From positions 868,001 to 932,000 of the forward strand of contig LN717261.1 in the NCBI GenBank assembly GCA_001244265.2: a stretch of 64,000 nt of DNA. The letters run 5' to 3'. Under the pieces are notes generated by a model, which saw only the letters and a program-made list of their open reading frames with translations, had not been told where the DNA came from and did not search any database. Shown piece by piece: positions 16,756 through 28,659 of this stretch. Made by a program: the position numbers and the translations under genes. Position 1 is the stretch's first letter; each line of letters begins with the position of its first letter. The stretch is from Microbotryum violaceum (Eukaryota).

Positions 16756-18312
16756 TGGCTGGGCTTTCGGAGGTTCCTGCTGCGTGGCGTTCTCCACACG
16801 CCTGGCCTCCACGTCAACCTCTCCGTCTCTCGCCTCTGCGACACCGACCGCGTTCGACTCGCCTTCACGAGCGACGGCATCGACATCGCCAAGGACGACC
16901 AGGCCATCGCTCACGGTACCAGGGTCAACGACGGTCTCTACCTTTTGGACGCGGATCACACCAAGTGTCAGCATCTTGCCTTTCTCTCATGTTCTGAGTC
17001 TCCCGTGCCCCTGCTTACCCTTCACCGCTGCCTCGGCCATCTAACCCCATCCTCTATACAGAAGATGATTGCTGCAGGTTTGCTGGACGGGTTTGGGGCT
17101 GGGTACTGTGACAAAGACGTAGAGGAGTTTGTTTGCAATGCTTGCCTTGGTTCCAAAGGCCACCGTCTTCCTTTTCCCGACTCCGAGTCGCATTCCCCCG
17201 AGAGACTTGGCCTCGTGCACAGCGACGTTTTGTCGTTCCCCACTCCGTCCTTGACCGGGAAGCGCTACCTTGTCACGTTTCTTGACGACCACTCTCGCAA
17301 ACTCTGGGCATACGCGATCGATCACAAAAGCGACGTCTTCCCGACCTTCCAGACTTGGCTCGCCGAAGTGGAGTTAGAGACGAACGCGCGTTTGAGGATC
17401 CTTCGAACCGACAATGGTGGGGAGTACCGATCAAACGCATTCACGGAGTTCTGCAAGTCCAAGGGCATTCGTCGTCAATACTCTATCCCTTACACACCTC
17501 AGCAAAACGGTCGTGCCGAACGTGTCAACCTCTCCATCGTCGAGGGCGTCCTCGCTCTCCTTGCTGACTCCCGTCTGCCGGCCACCTTTTGGGATGAAGC
17601 GGCCGCGTACTTCATTTATTGCAAAAACAGGTGCTCACCCTCCGCTTTGGCCAAACAGACTCCAGAATCCGTTTGGAACGGCCAACGCACCACCGCCACC
17701 GCCCTCCACCCGTTCGGCTGCGCGGCCTGGCTCACGGTCGCGCCGGACCTTCGCAGCAAGCTCGACCCCAAGCTACCCCAAGGCCGCGCGCGTGATCTTC
17801 ACCGGTTACGACCTCGCCTCCAAGGCTTTCCGTTTCTTCGACCATTCCATCAACAAGATTGTGCTTGGCCGAAATACCACCTTCCTCGACGACGACTTCC
17901 CCGGCCTGCCGATCAACACGCCCGTCGATGCGGACGACGCCGAACGTCAGTTCGTCATTCCCGCTGACACGCCCGCCCCCGCCGTCAAGACGAGGACCCC
18001 GCTAGTAAGGTCGGCGCACATGGATGTCTCATCCTCCCTTGATGATTTTGCCATGAGCGCCGTTGACGTGGCCCCAGGGTACACTGGCGGATCCTTACTT
18101 AATTCTACAGATACTAGCCCCTCGCCGTCTCCGTCGCTTGCCCCGTTCTTGTCGCCCGCCACGTCCTCGACCGGGGGACCGTCCCTCGACGACTCGGATG
18201 ACCCGCTTGACCTCCTCAGCTCAGACACCGCGGTTCGCCTCAACCTGATGGATGTGCATCGATCCGACAACGACAACTGGGCGCCACAATCGTCACCTCC
18301 AAATTCGTCTGG

Positions 18313-18651
18313 CAATTCAGACAAAATCCTATTCTTGCCTGTAAACAAATTCACCATTGATTGTCATTTCAACTCCAAGATGCCAGTCCATGTTATTCCG
18401 AATCGTCACATTACTTAACCCTACGAATTTGCCAAGAGAGTTGAAAGAGTTGGATTTAGATAACACAGTAGTCATATCACTACCTAACGCCTGAGATTTA
18501 CTCTGTAACTCTACATTAGTGTCAAAATCATTTTCAGGCTTTTACCTTCGAATAAAAGTTAAACGCTTTTTTTTGCATTTTTTGATTAATCAAGCGCCCA
18601 GCTCCTTTTTTTATTCTATTTTTTGCGAGCAAAAAATAGAATAAAAAGGGG
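18313..18651. other. 339-bp AT-rich foreign insert in the Copia RT (possible mitochondrial DNA)
   Basis: Removing it rejoins [17 protein letters not shown] in frame. It ends in a long A/T hairpin at 18604-18650. Confidence 0.75.
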
Positions 18652-20085
18652 AAGACCAAGCGCGACGCACACGGTGATGTCACAGGGCGGAAGGCACGTC
18701 TCGTAGCGCAAGGTAACCGCCAGCGCGACGGCATCGACTTCTCGGAGACTTTCGCACCCGTCGCCCGTTTCTCCTCCATTCGCTGCCTCCTTGCTCTTGC
18801 CGCTACCAATGGTTATCACGTTCATCAGGCCGACATCGACAAGGCTTACCTGCACGGCGAGCTCGATCATGACATCTGGATGACGACGCCACGAGGTTTC
18901 GACTTCCCGAGCGATAAGGTTCTCCGGCTGCGGCGCTCAATCTACGGCCTCAAGCAGGCCGGTCGCATCTGGAATCGCCACATTGACACATCACTCAGGA
19001 GTCTAGGGTACAAGTCAATGGGCACTGATCACTGCGTTTACTCTCGCATTGATGATCAGCAGCGGCCCCACTACATTGCCTTGTATGTCGACGATCTCCT
19101 CATTGTCAGCCCCGCCCTCGACGAGATCGAACGTATCATCTCCGGCCTTGAACAGCGATACGGCGTTAAACGACTCGGCCCCGCGGAGTACATCCTCGGC
19201 ATCCAAATTCGCCGCCTGGACGACGGCTCCATTGCCCTATCCCAGGAGCGGTACATCATGGACGTGCTTGCCCGCTTTCACTTCGACACCACAACACGCG
19301 GCGCTACGGTGCCAATGACGCCCGGCCTCTCGCTCACGGCAGTTCCGGGTCAGGGAACGGAGCGCATTCGGTCGTGGTACCTACAGGCCATCGGCTCCCT
19401 CCTTTACATCTCCCTGGGCACTCGACCCGACATTGCTTTCGCCGTCTCGTACTTGTCCCGTTTCGCCAACAACCCCGGCCGCCGCCATTGGATTGCCGTC
19501 AAACACGTCTTTCGTTACCTTCGCGCCACGTACCGCGACGAGCTTCTCTACGCCCGCGGTCCAGCCAAAGTCACGGGTGTGGTCGGTTATTCCGACGCGA
19601 ACTGGGGCGCCTGCGTCGACACATCCATCTCGACAATGGGTTACGTCTTTTACTTGGCTGGCTCCGCCGTCTCTTGGTCGTCGAAGCGTCAGACTCGGGT
19701 AGCGGATTCCACCACCGATGCCGAGTACCTGGCCTTGTCGCACGCTGGTAAGGAAGCGATCTACCTTACCCAACTCCTCTCCGAGCTCCACGTTCGCCCT
19801 ATCGATGCAGCTCATATCTTCACCGACAACGAGGCCGCGACCGCCGTCACTCACGACCCCGTTCGCACCTCCGGCACCCGGCACATCCGCCTCCGCGAGC
19901 ATTTCGTCCGCGACATGGTCAATCGAGGCGATGTCTCCCTCTCACACGTTGGCACAGCAAACATGGTTGCGGGCCTATTCACCAAAGCGCTAGGTCCCAA
20001 GATTTTTGGTACACATTGCTATGCTCTAGGCCTCCGGACGCGGCACCCACGGCTCAAGTCTACCTCGCGTTCGCGTGGGGGGGGG

Positions 20086-20430
20086 TGTGAGGAATCCACT
20101 CTCCGCTCGGCTCAGGACTTAGGCGCGCGGAATGAGCCGGGCGCATCGGCCCAGGACTTAGGCGCGCGGAGCGAGCCTGGCGCCTCGGCTCACGACTTAG
20201 GCCCGCGGAGCGAGCCTGGCCCATTGGCTCAGCCCCGAGGTTCGCTGGCTGAGGACTTGGGGCGCGCGGCTCTTTTACTGTTAGCTTCCTATTCATCACT
20301 CTTGGCTATAACTACATCGCTGACGTAGTAGAGTTGATCGAATAGGTATGTTGAAATGTATTCATCACTCTTGGCTATAACCACATCGCTGACGTAGTAG
20401 ACTTGATCGAATAGATACTTGGGCTGTTAC
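20086..20430 (+). repeat. Copia 3' LTR with 39-bp tandem repeats and a ~59-bp internal duplication
   Basis: GACTTAGG at 20116, 20155 and 20194. 20290-20348 is repeated at 20359-20417. Confidence 0.75.
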
Positions 20431-20434
20431 GGAT

Positions 20435-21073
20435 GTGCCCCGGGCCGATGCTTTTGCCGATAGTCGTCGCCTTCGTCTCCTCGACGCCACCGACGTCATC
20501 CTTGGCGCGCGACTGGACCAATCGATCCAGGCAAACAAGAATCGTCGACCGGATTCCGCTGAGTTTCGAGTGGGCAATCAAGTTTACCTGTCCACTAAAA
20601 ACTTGGCTTTTCCTCCAGGTCAGAGCCGGAAGTTCTTGGCACGCTACATTGGGTCCTTCACCATTGTAGCAGCCCATCCGGCGACGTCAAACTACGACCC
20701 GGACCTGCCACCCGAGATGTCCCGCGTTCTGCCTCGTTTCCATGTCTCGCTGTTGCGCCCGCACTTTCCGAACGACGACAAGCGCTTCCCCGGTCGTTCG
20801 TTCCAGCAGTGCGTGATCGAAGACGCGGCCGACCCTGCGTCGGACTTTGCAGCAATCGATGTTGTGTTGAACAATCGCTTCCGGAACAATCGTCGCTCGT
20901 TCTTGGTGCGCTTCGTGGGCCGCCCGGACGCCGACGACGTGTGGATCGACGAGGCGGTGTTGCGGCTGCAAGCGCCTTCGAGACTCGACGAGTACATCAG
21001 GAGGCTGGATCGCCAAGGGCGCCAATTGGCCGGCCCAACACCTCGCCGTAGGGTCAATTCTGGGGGTGGATAG
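20435..21073 (+). pseudogene. Ty3/Gypsy (chromovirus) integrase C-terminus: SH3-like region and chromodomain
   Basis: VGNQVYL..RKFLARYIGSF..FHVSLLRP; FLVRFVGRPDADDVW. A purine-rich PPT precedes TGTAAGG at 21074. Confidence 0.85.
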
Positions 21074-21937
21074 TGTAAGGATTTGGGCGATTCAATACCC
21101 AGGTGAGCTGTATCTACCATTCCTCATATCCTTTCCACGCGCCTCGCTTAGTTCAGCATTGTTTGTGTTCAACGCTGACTCCTTGTGTTTGCTCGTCTTC
21201 CCTTTTCTCCTTTCGAATTGACCTCCGTGTGACGACTCCGCCTTCGGCTCGACAGGGGCTCCCCTACCTCGGCGCGCCCGGGCGCGCGCGGACTTAGGCG
21301 CCGCACGCGCGCGCGCTTCTCTCGGCTGGGGACTTAGGCGCCGCGCGCGCGCGCTCCCTCGTTTGGGACTTAGGTGCGCGCGCGCGACTGGCACGGCGTG
21401 GGACTTGGCCGCGCGCACTCCCGCAGCGCCGCGGCGCCGACGTCACCCCAAGCGGGACCGGCGCTTCCCCTGGGGACCGAGTCCGTGGTGCAGCGCTCGA
21501 GCAAGGCAGCTGGGAACCTTACCAGAAGGTCCGGGTTCGGAGTCATGTCTTCCTTCACTTGGTCTAGTATCGGATGAGTGGAGCGAGCCGTGCGGCTTGT
21601 CGTGCTGCAGCGCCTGGGTCTTTCTTGTGTCTTAGGCGGGTGTTGAGCTAGCGGGTTTTTTTCCGGTGTTGACTTCCGTGAGCCACCTTTTTCCCAAGTA
21701 GTGTAACTCACCCCTCGTGTGTAGACTGGCCTTGGCTTCTGACCTTACCCTTCCTTGAATCCGTTTTCCTTGGCATCACGGCCGACTCGCCTTCTCTACC
21801 TTTTCGCAATCCTATCCTCGAGTCACTGTTTGCCTGTTGCCTCGCCGTCGTGAGCCCCTGGGCCGTTCACGATCGCTCGCCTCCTCCGCCTCCTCGTCCC
21901 GCCGCCGCTCGGGCCGCCGCCTTCGCGTCACTCAACA
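21074..21937 (+). repeat. Gypsy LTR (3' boundary uncertain)
   Basis: Begins TG directly after the PPT and chromodomain stop. Candidate CAACA end at 21937. Confidence 0.55.
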
Positions 21938-22180
21938 TAGTGGCTGATCTCCCCCCCCCCCCCCCCCCTTGCGCCTCCCTCCTTGCTCGGTCTCAATTGT
22001 TGACGCTCTTGTAGAAAAATCGTGAGGGTCCCCTACTTCATTGAGGTAGTGCCCTTTCAGGCGCGCTGAGGCAGTCGCGCGCGTCTACGTCCTTACCGCA
22101 GGGGGGCGGGCTAGCGGGCGCGCGCAACAACCGAGACGCCCCTGTCGAGCTGAGAGTGGACTCTTCACACAGGGTACCAT

Positions 22181-22711
22181 TTGCATCCTCCGCCTCCGGT
22201 GTCGCGTCCGTCCCCGCAACATCTGGAAGAGCTGCGACAATTGCGTAAAGCCGCTCCACAAGCATTGGCCGCCGAGCTGCGCATGGGACAAATGACCGCA
22301 TTTCCGCAGGACCCAAGCGCTCGTCGCTGGTTTCCGATCCTGTGCTCCGTCGGCAACCACGAGCGATCGGGCTTCTACCGCCAACATTTTGCGCACGTAT
22401 TCCAGATTCTTGACAATGCCAATTATAGCGTGGAGGACATTGTCAACGGAGTCACATTTGTTGTCAATTATTCAAGCGCGCAGATTTCGGGTCTTTGCCA
22501 AGCCATTTCGGATTGGTACGTGGCACGCAAGACCGCAGATGTGGGATGCTTGAACATCACACCCAATCAGGTGTCACAGTGGACTGCAGAGGCTCTTCAG
22601 ATTGGCGAGAAGGCGGCAAGCGGGTGCGCCTTTCACTTCATTGAGCAGGTCAGGAGGTTCGGGGTCCGACATCTCAGTACGCAAACGGAGCGCGAACAAT
22701 TTGCAATGCTG
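22181..22711 (+). pseudogene. MULE-like DDE transposase fragment, cut by a solo LTR
   Basis: VVNYSSAQISGL (V-D-x-x-x-A with D>N) and GCAFHF (CxxH), in the order expected for a Mutator-type core. Confidence 0.6.
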
Positions 22712-22934
22712 TGTAATACACCCCGTTGGAGTGTACACCTGAGCGGCAACGACAAGGATCACAGGACCAAAGTATGTAGAATTGACACTGGACACTCGTA
22801 TCAGTCGCTCGTATGACAATGCCTTCTGATCCACCTTGTGCTCACCTGGACACTCGTATCAGTCGCCGGAGAGAGACTAAGAGTGCCCAGGCGCGCGTCC
22901 CCTCCTCCTAAGGCCCAGGCGCACGGGCCTTACA
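22712..22934. repeat. Solo LTR family X, 223 bp (TGTAATAC...GGCCTTACA), no matching TSD
   Basis: Reverse complement of the split LTR at 47704-47750 plus 49682-49857. Confidence 0.9.
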
Positions 22935-24078
22935 TGAGCCTCCTACGCCTCCGCCAGGCTGTTGACGGCTCAAGGCCATACACTGACCATCAACTAGTTT
23001 CGTAAAGAACACCAGTCATACAATTGCATTTCATAGCCCAATGTCACCGCCGGTTCATCTTCGAGCCGCTCGGTTGCTTTTCGGCATCAGAGCCCTGGAG
23101 TCAGGGGCTCAGCTGACTCGCTCGCGGTTTACTGACAATGGCCCCAACAGCTTACCATAGTAGCAGGTCTGGGTCAATCACTCTCTCTCTGCTGCTTGCT
23201 AGCTATTAGCCCTAAAGTCTCGAACATAGAGCAGGCCGTTGACACACTCTATTGGCCCCGACAGAATGAAGCGTTGGCCGTCATCGGGCGCAGCCACGAC
23301 GTCCGGTAGGTGCCTTGTATGCGTGTCTAGAGCAGTTTTGAGTAGCAGATGTCATATTACGTTTTTTTTTTAGCCTTGTACTGTATTGCATGTGAAAACC
23401 GCACCTGATTACAGCGAGAGAACAACCGCAAAAGTGATTACAAATGAATCAAGCATTACGAGTATGCATAAGTAAAAATCAAATTGTTTACTAATTGATC
23501 CCACATCTATCCTGGCACCATCTCGGGCCAGGACTATCCCGGCGGCGTCCGAGCACCGTGCCCAGACGGCCGTCAATTCCTGGACCATCCCAGGATCGGC
23601 GCGGGTCCCGGGCTGGTCCCCGGACGGTCCCAGCATTGGTGCGCCTGTCGCGGGGACCGACGGTCCCGGGATGGTCGCAGAGTTGGGGTGCCCAACTCTG
23701 GTAGTGCGCCGTGATTGTCCACGGTCATCCCAGGATGGCAACCATCCCTCGCGCATCCCACGGCCGTCCCGACTCCGTCCGAAAGCCATCCTCAAAATAT
23801 CCGCCTTTTTTGCTATGTAGAGCTAAGGTACATTGCCCTTCCTCTCCCGGGCTCTGCCCCAGGGTACTCCTACTCACAGCTGTCCTTGTTGGGCATGCTG
23901 ACTTACTTGGCTACCTCGCTACGCAGACGATCGTCATCACCCAACGTGCCAGCATTCCGGGTCGATCATCTCTGTTTGTACGCACGCGATGCGCTTTCCA
24001 AGCAAAGGTATGCAAAGCCTTCCCAGTCATTTGCAGTAATCCTAGATACTGAGAGTCACCGCACTTTCTAAGCAAAGG

Positions 24079-24541
24079 TGTTACATTTTCTGAGCTCCTC
24101 CTGTGGGAGCTCAGGGGAGTTGCAATATGAACGCACAAAGAAAGATACGTGAGCAAGCAGGATCCGAGGAAGGAGAGAAGAGCGGAACGGCAGTAGAGGG
24201 GGGAAGGGGTGATTCGGAGTCTTCGGCTGAGGGAGGTGATAGAAGGGTTTCAGGAGTGCGACTGCGGGGCACTACTTCTTTCGAGTCAAAGTGAGAACTC
24301 TCAAGGGCAATTAGCTAGTAGATCCTTGTAATTACAGTAGCTTTCTACAAGAGTACGGTGAAGAAGAAGAGAGAGAGAGATAACACAACCGACTCGCTAT
24401 TTAACAAAACTGTTGCACTGCCCCTTGTTGCCAACCTCGCAATTGACCCAGGAAGCAGCACCGCACTATAAAAATAGTCACATACTAAGAGAGTGGGACG
24501 CACCACATTGATACTGATACTGATACTAGAATAGACACACA
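24079..24541. repeat. Possible solo LTR
   Basis: TG...CA bounded non-coding segment with lower GC; no TSD found. Confidence 0.3.
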
Positions 24542-25199
24542 TCCGAGAGTTCCGCGCCTTCCATCCAGTTTATCCATCCTTGTCCAATCATCATCCTCTG
24601 ACATTTCCACCTTTGCACCGCTTCCGCACCGCATTGGCACCGCATCTCACCGCTTGAGCACCGCGTCCATGCCCGTTGATCTTGTCAAACAGCCTCTAGT
24701 CGTCATCGACGTAGTCCTCTTGGTCATACACAAAACCAGCGCATGCCTCCATGTGAGCGAGACAAGGGGAAAGCAAGCGCATGATTGTCGCAGCAATGGT
24801 GGGAGCCATCAGCCCGGCGAGTCTGGCGATCGAAACCTCCGAAAGGCCGGCAACGTTGTTCGAACTTGTTAGGCTTGCCATGTCGGATACATCGATATCG
24901 ATGACCATTTGCCGAGTTGGGGACGGTACCGTGCAGAGACCAGGAGGACCGGGAGAGACGAGCGAGAGGCGCAAACCCGAACGCGCAAGGTCCGAGTCGT
25001 AGTCATCGGAGTTGTAACCGGTCGAGGCGTCTGAAGGCGAACGCGAGCACAAGTAGAGGTCCGAGCGCAGGTTAGGATCCGAGCTCGGTTCCGGGCCAAG
25101 TAAATGGAGCGGAACTCACAGTCATCGTCGTTGTTCGTGATGGTCTAAAGGACTTCCTTGTCGGTTTCCCTTCTATTTTATTTTTTATTTTTTTATAGA

Positions 25200-27605
25200 C
25201 TAGGTTCGGCGGCCCGCTCACATTGAAAATCAGCAGTTCTGTTACATTATTGCAGATGGCTACGGTTCTACGCTGCTTTCATCTATGTTTTTGGGAGTTC
25301 TTGCAGGACTGGACAGAAGTTCCGAGCTTTGATCATCGGCAGCTCCACCTTGCCGTCGTTGCAACATACCCTGAATACTGGAGTGTCCCGTCCTCCCAAG
25401 CGTTCACAGTCCCAGTGGAAGGCGCTACACTCCCGACACAGAAGATCCATTGCACTGTGGTACTCCGGATCGTGCACCCAATTTACTGCCAAACTCCGCC
25501 GCGCTAAACGGGTGTAAACGGGTGTTCGATGGTTCGGCGTGCTCCCTCCACAGCGCCAACTGCAACCAGTGTGACTTTATCGATCCAAGCTTTTGATGGC
25601 CGGATCTCCTTTGTGCACGACCGACGACTCACCGACGACAACTGTAACTCGATTGACCCGGCGCCGGATGAGGCAATCCTACCCGCGCGCGCAACGACCT
25701 CCGATCCTGTCCCCGAGCGCTAGTCGACTCCTGGCTCTGGCTACCCTAGTCCATTTCGCGAACGCCCCTCGGAAGGCTTGCAAATTGTAGGAGGTAGCAG
25801 AGCAGAGGGGGCGGCGGGCCGCTTCGGGACAGCGCAACGGACAAGGGGGACTTGGGGACTTTTGTGGCTCAACGGGACTCGGTTTGCTCTCTTTCTTATG
25901 TAGATCACTTCAGGAGGAATCAGGCCATACGGTTGGTACTGGTCAGATCTCACGGTTTCATTTGTTGGAGTGTGTGTGTGTTTTCAAGTGTTCAAGTGTT
26001 CAAGCGTCCAAGTCTCCGAGACTTTTGTCCCCGTCCCCATTCAAACTCTCTCTCCTCCCCTTTCTCCCATCTTGGCGCTGGCAGTTCCCCCGCGCGCGCT
26101 TTGCCCCTCTCACGTACGGCCCGTCCCCGTCATCGCTCTCTCTCCTCTCCTGTCGCGTTCGGCGCACAAGTTCCAATCGCACCCGTTTAGCACTACCACA
26201 GCACCTAAGTCGTGTCGAGGGTAGGCTCCTGGCAGTGGACGCAGTGCAATTGGTGACCGTGCGTCGACACCCACAGGGACAGAGTGGACTTCGGGCGTTG
26301 GCTGGGGTGGAGGTGATCGATTGATAGACTCATTTTGCTGCCTTTCCGCGAGTCTCCGCAATTGTTGTGCCCCAGTTCTTCTGGAAGTAGAATGGTCGTC
26401 GATGTTGATGCGGTAGAGGCAGGGTTCGGCAAAGAACTGTGTGGGACCGGACCGGAACGCTCGAGCTCAAGCTTTTCCCGTTGACGATGTCGTTGCTGAC
26501 CTTCAGACCTCCGAGACGTGGTGGAACTATCGGTATAGTTGCTGTTGTCCATCTCTAGCATTGGCAGTAAAGACTCACATTTAGTGTGCCAATGACCCGG
26601 ACTCTCAACCGTACAAAGTCAATCTTTTGACACGCTGGCGGTGAGAATGCCTGCTGCCGGTGCAGATTGACTTGACGAACCAGTTTGCGCGACATCGTTG
26701 ATCTATTTCGCGCTGGTGCTTGTCGCGAAGGCGTCCGAATCCGCGCTGTAGAAGGTTTGAGCGTCACCCGGCAGCAGGTCGAGCACCATGTCGTTGATGT
26801 GATCCACCTGCGAATTTTTGGGCGTCAGTTTTGCTCGATCTCGGAAGTATTCGACTTTTTTGCCTATTGACATATTGTCCAGTTCGAGCGCGGGGACGGG
26901 ATGAACGTGTCTGATTACCCGGATCTGTTCCTCGTGGTCGCCGACAGGAGAAGCTCATGTGGGAGCGCAATGAAGTCTTCTGTTTTGCTTGCCAAGCCGT
27001 CTCCAACTCCCAAGAGCCAATTTGCAAAGTCCTGTGCCTTTGCCCGTTCCGTTTCGGTCATGCGGTCTGCAGCGGCCAGAAGCCAGAAGACGCATTGTTG
27101 GTCTGCGCTCGCACCGTGCCGTTGTTAGTATAGGGTCTAAAGGTCAGGCGAGGACTACTACTTACAGAGAGCTCCCCGCAGAAGTCAGCATTCATGATGC
27201 AAGCATCGACGATTTGTGCAGGCAATGACTTGGAATAACGGGAAGGCATTGCTTCGGATCCCCTGTGATGTCACAGTCCAACCGGCCAGTCAGTCATGCT
27301 GCCCTGCTGCGCCTTGCTTTTGAAAGATTGGCACATACCTGCCAACACGACGGTCACTCCGCCAAACCGAGCCGTTGAGGATCTGCCACGGGATGGTGAG
27401 CCGCAATTCACGCAATCAGAGCCCGTTTTCTTGCGTGGTTCGACTATCAGCATTCTTGCTGTTGTCCATCTGTAGCAATGGCAGTGAAGACTCACATTTC
27501 GTGTCCCAATGACCCGGATTCTCAGCCGTACGAAGTCAATCCTTCCGCTGTTTCACTGACTTTCAATGTCTGTTTTTCGTATCAGTTTTTCCGTCATATC
27601 TAAGA
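25200..27605 (-). mobile_element. Rearranged Helitron remnants (N-terminal zinc finger; PIF1 helicase fragment)
   Basis: CRECSAFHWDCE...FRVCCNDGKVELP (25283-25492). [22 protein letters not shown] and FANWLLGVGDG (~27000-27370). CTAG at 25200-25203. A ~90-bp direct repeat at 26538-26628 and 27455-27543. Confidence 0.8.
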
Positions 27606-27700
27606 CTGCACAGTCATGTCAAGGGATAACTCACGCATGCCGTGTCACCAGCTGACGGTGAAGAAACAACTCGAGCGTTGACATTCAAAGAGGACGTGTT

Positions 27701-27990
27701 TCGACTCTCCTGACCACTCGCGCGAGTTGTAGCGGAATAGTGGTTCGAGTTGCAGCAAGACGAAGGACAACATTGGTGTAGGAGTTGTTAAACAAATACC
27801 TCAAGCGGTGAAAACCCAGCCTTCTGGGGAAAACCGCAAGAAATTGATCTAAACGGAGGAGAGTCCGAACTTCTTGGTGATACACAGGGATGGTGGGCGG
27901 GATGACAATTGGGAGCTTTGCGACCCAAGCTTCTGGATGTCAGTCGGCTACAACTGATGATGGAGCAAGTCCACTGATCGTCTCAGCATA
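27701..27990 (-). repeat. ~290-bp repeat, inverted copy of 40828-41128
   Basis: Reverse-complement alignment by eye along its whole length. Confidence 0.92.
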
Positions 27991-27992
27991 CC

Positions 27993-28508
27993 TTTATATA
28001 TTAATATATATAATATATATAATTATATATATATATATAATTATATATATTATATATATTAATATATATATATATAATTATATATATTATATATATAATT
28101 ATATATATATATATAATTATATATATTATATATATATTAATAATATATATATATAATTATATATATATTAATATATATATAATATATATAATTATATATA
28201 TTATATATATATTAATAATATATATATATAATTATATATATATTAATATATATATAATATATATAATTATATATATTATATATATATATAATTATATATA
28301 TATATATATATTAATAATATATATAATTATATATATATATTATTAATATATATATAATATATATAATTATATATTATATATATATATTAATAATATTATT
28401 AATATATATATAATATATATAATTATATATTATATATATATATTAATAATATATATATATAATATATAATTATATATATATATATTTGTATAAATATATA
28501 AATATATA
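27993..28508. repeat. ~515-bp almost pure A/T minisatellite built from (TA)n with AAT/TT interruptions
   Basis: Read directly; one G (near 28488) in the run. Confidence 0.97.
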
Positions 28509-28659
28509 GAAGACAGTTTCAAGGATAGTTTTAAGGATTCTCATTCTGCCGCCGCCTCCCCTCGGCCCCACACACTCGCGCCTCGCGCTCTTTCTCGCCG
28601 TCACACCGACTCGCGTTCGTCTCAAGCACGCGGTGTGCAAGATAAAGGGGGTGCCGAAC

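Larger units (their letters stand above)
16770..20430 (+). mobile_element. 5'-truncated Ty1/Copia retrotransposon (GAG-pre-integrase, integrase, RT, RNase H, PPT, 3' LTR)
   Basis: [60 protein letters not shown]-run PPT at 20077-20085 precedes the TG start of the LTR at 20086. Frameshift near 17770. Confidence 0.93.
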
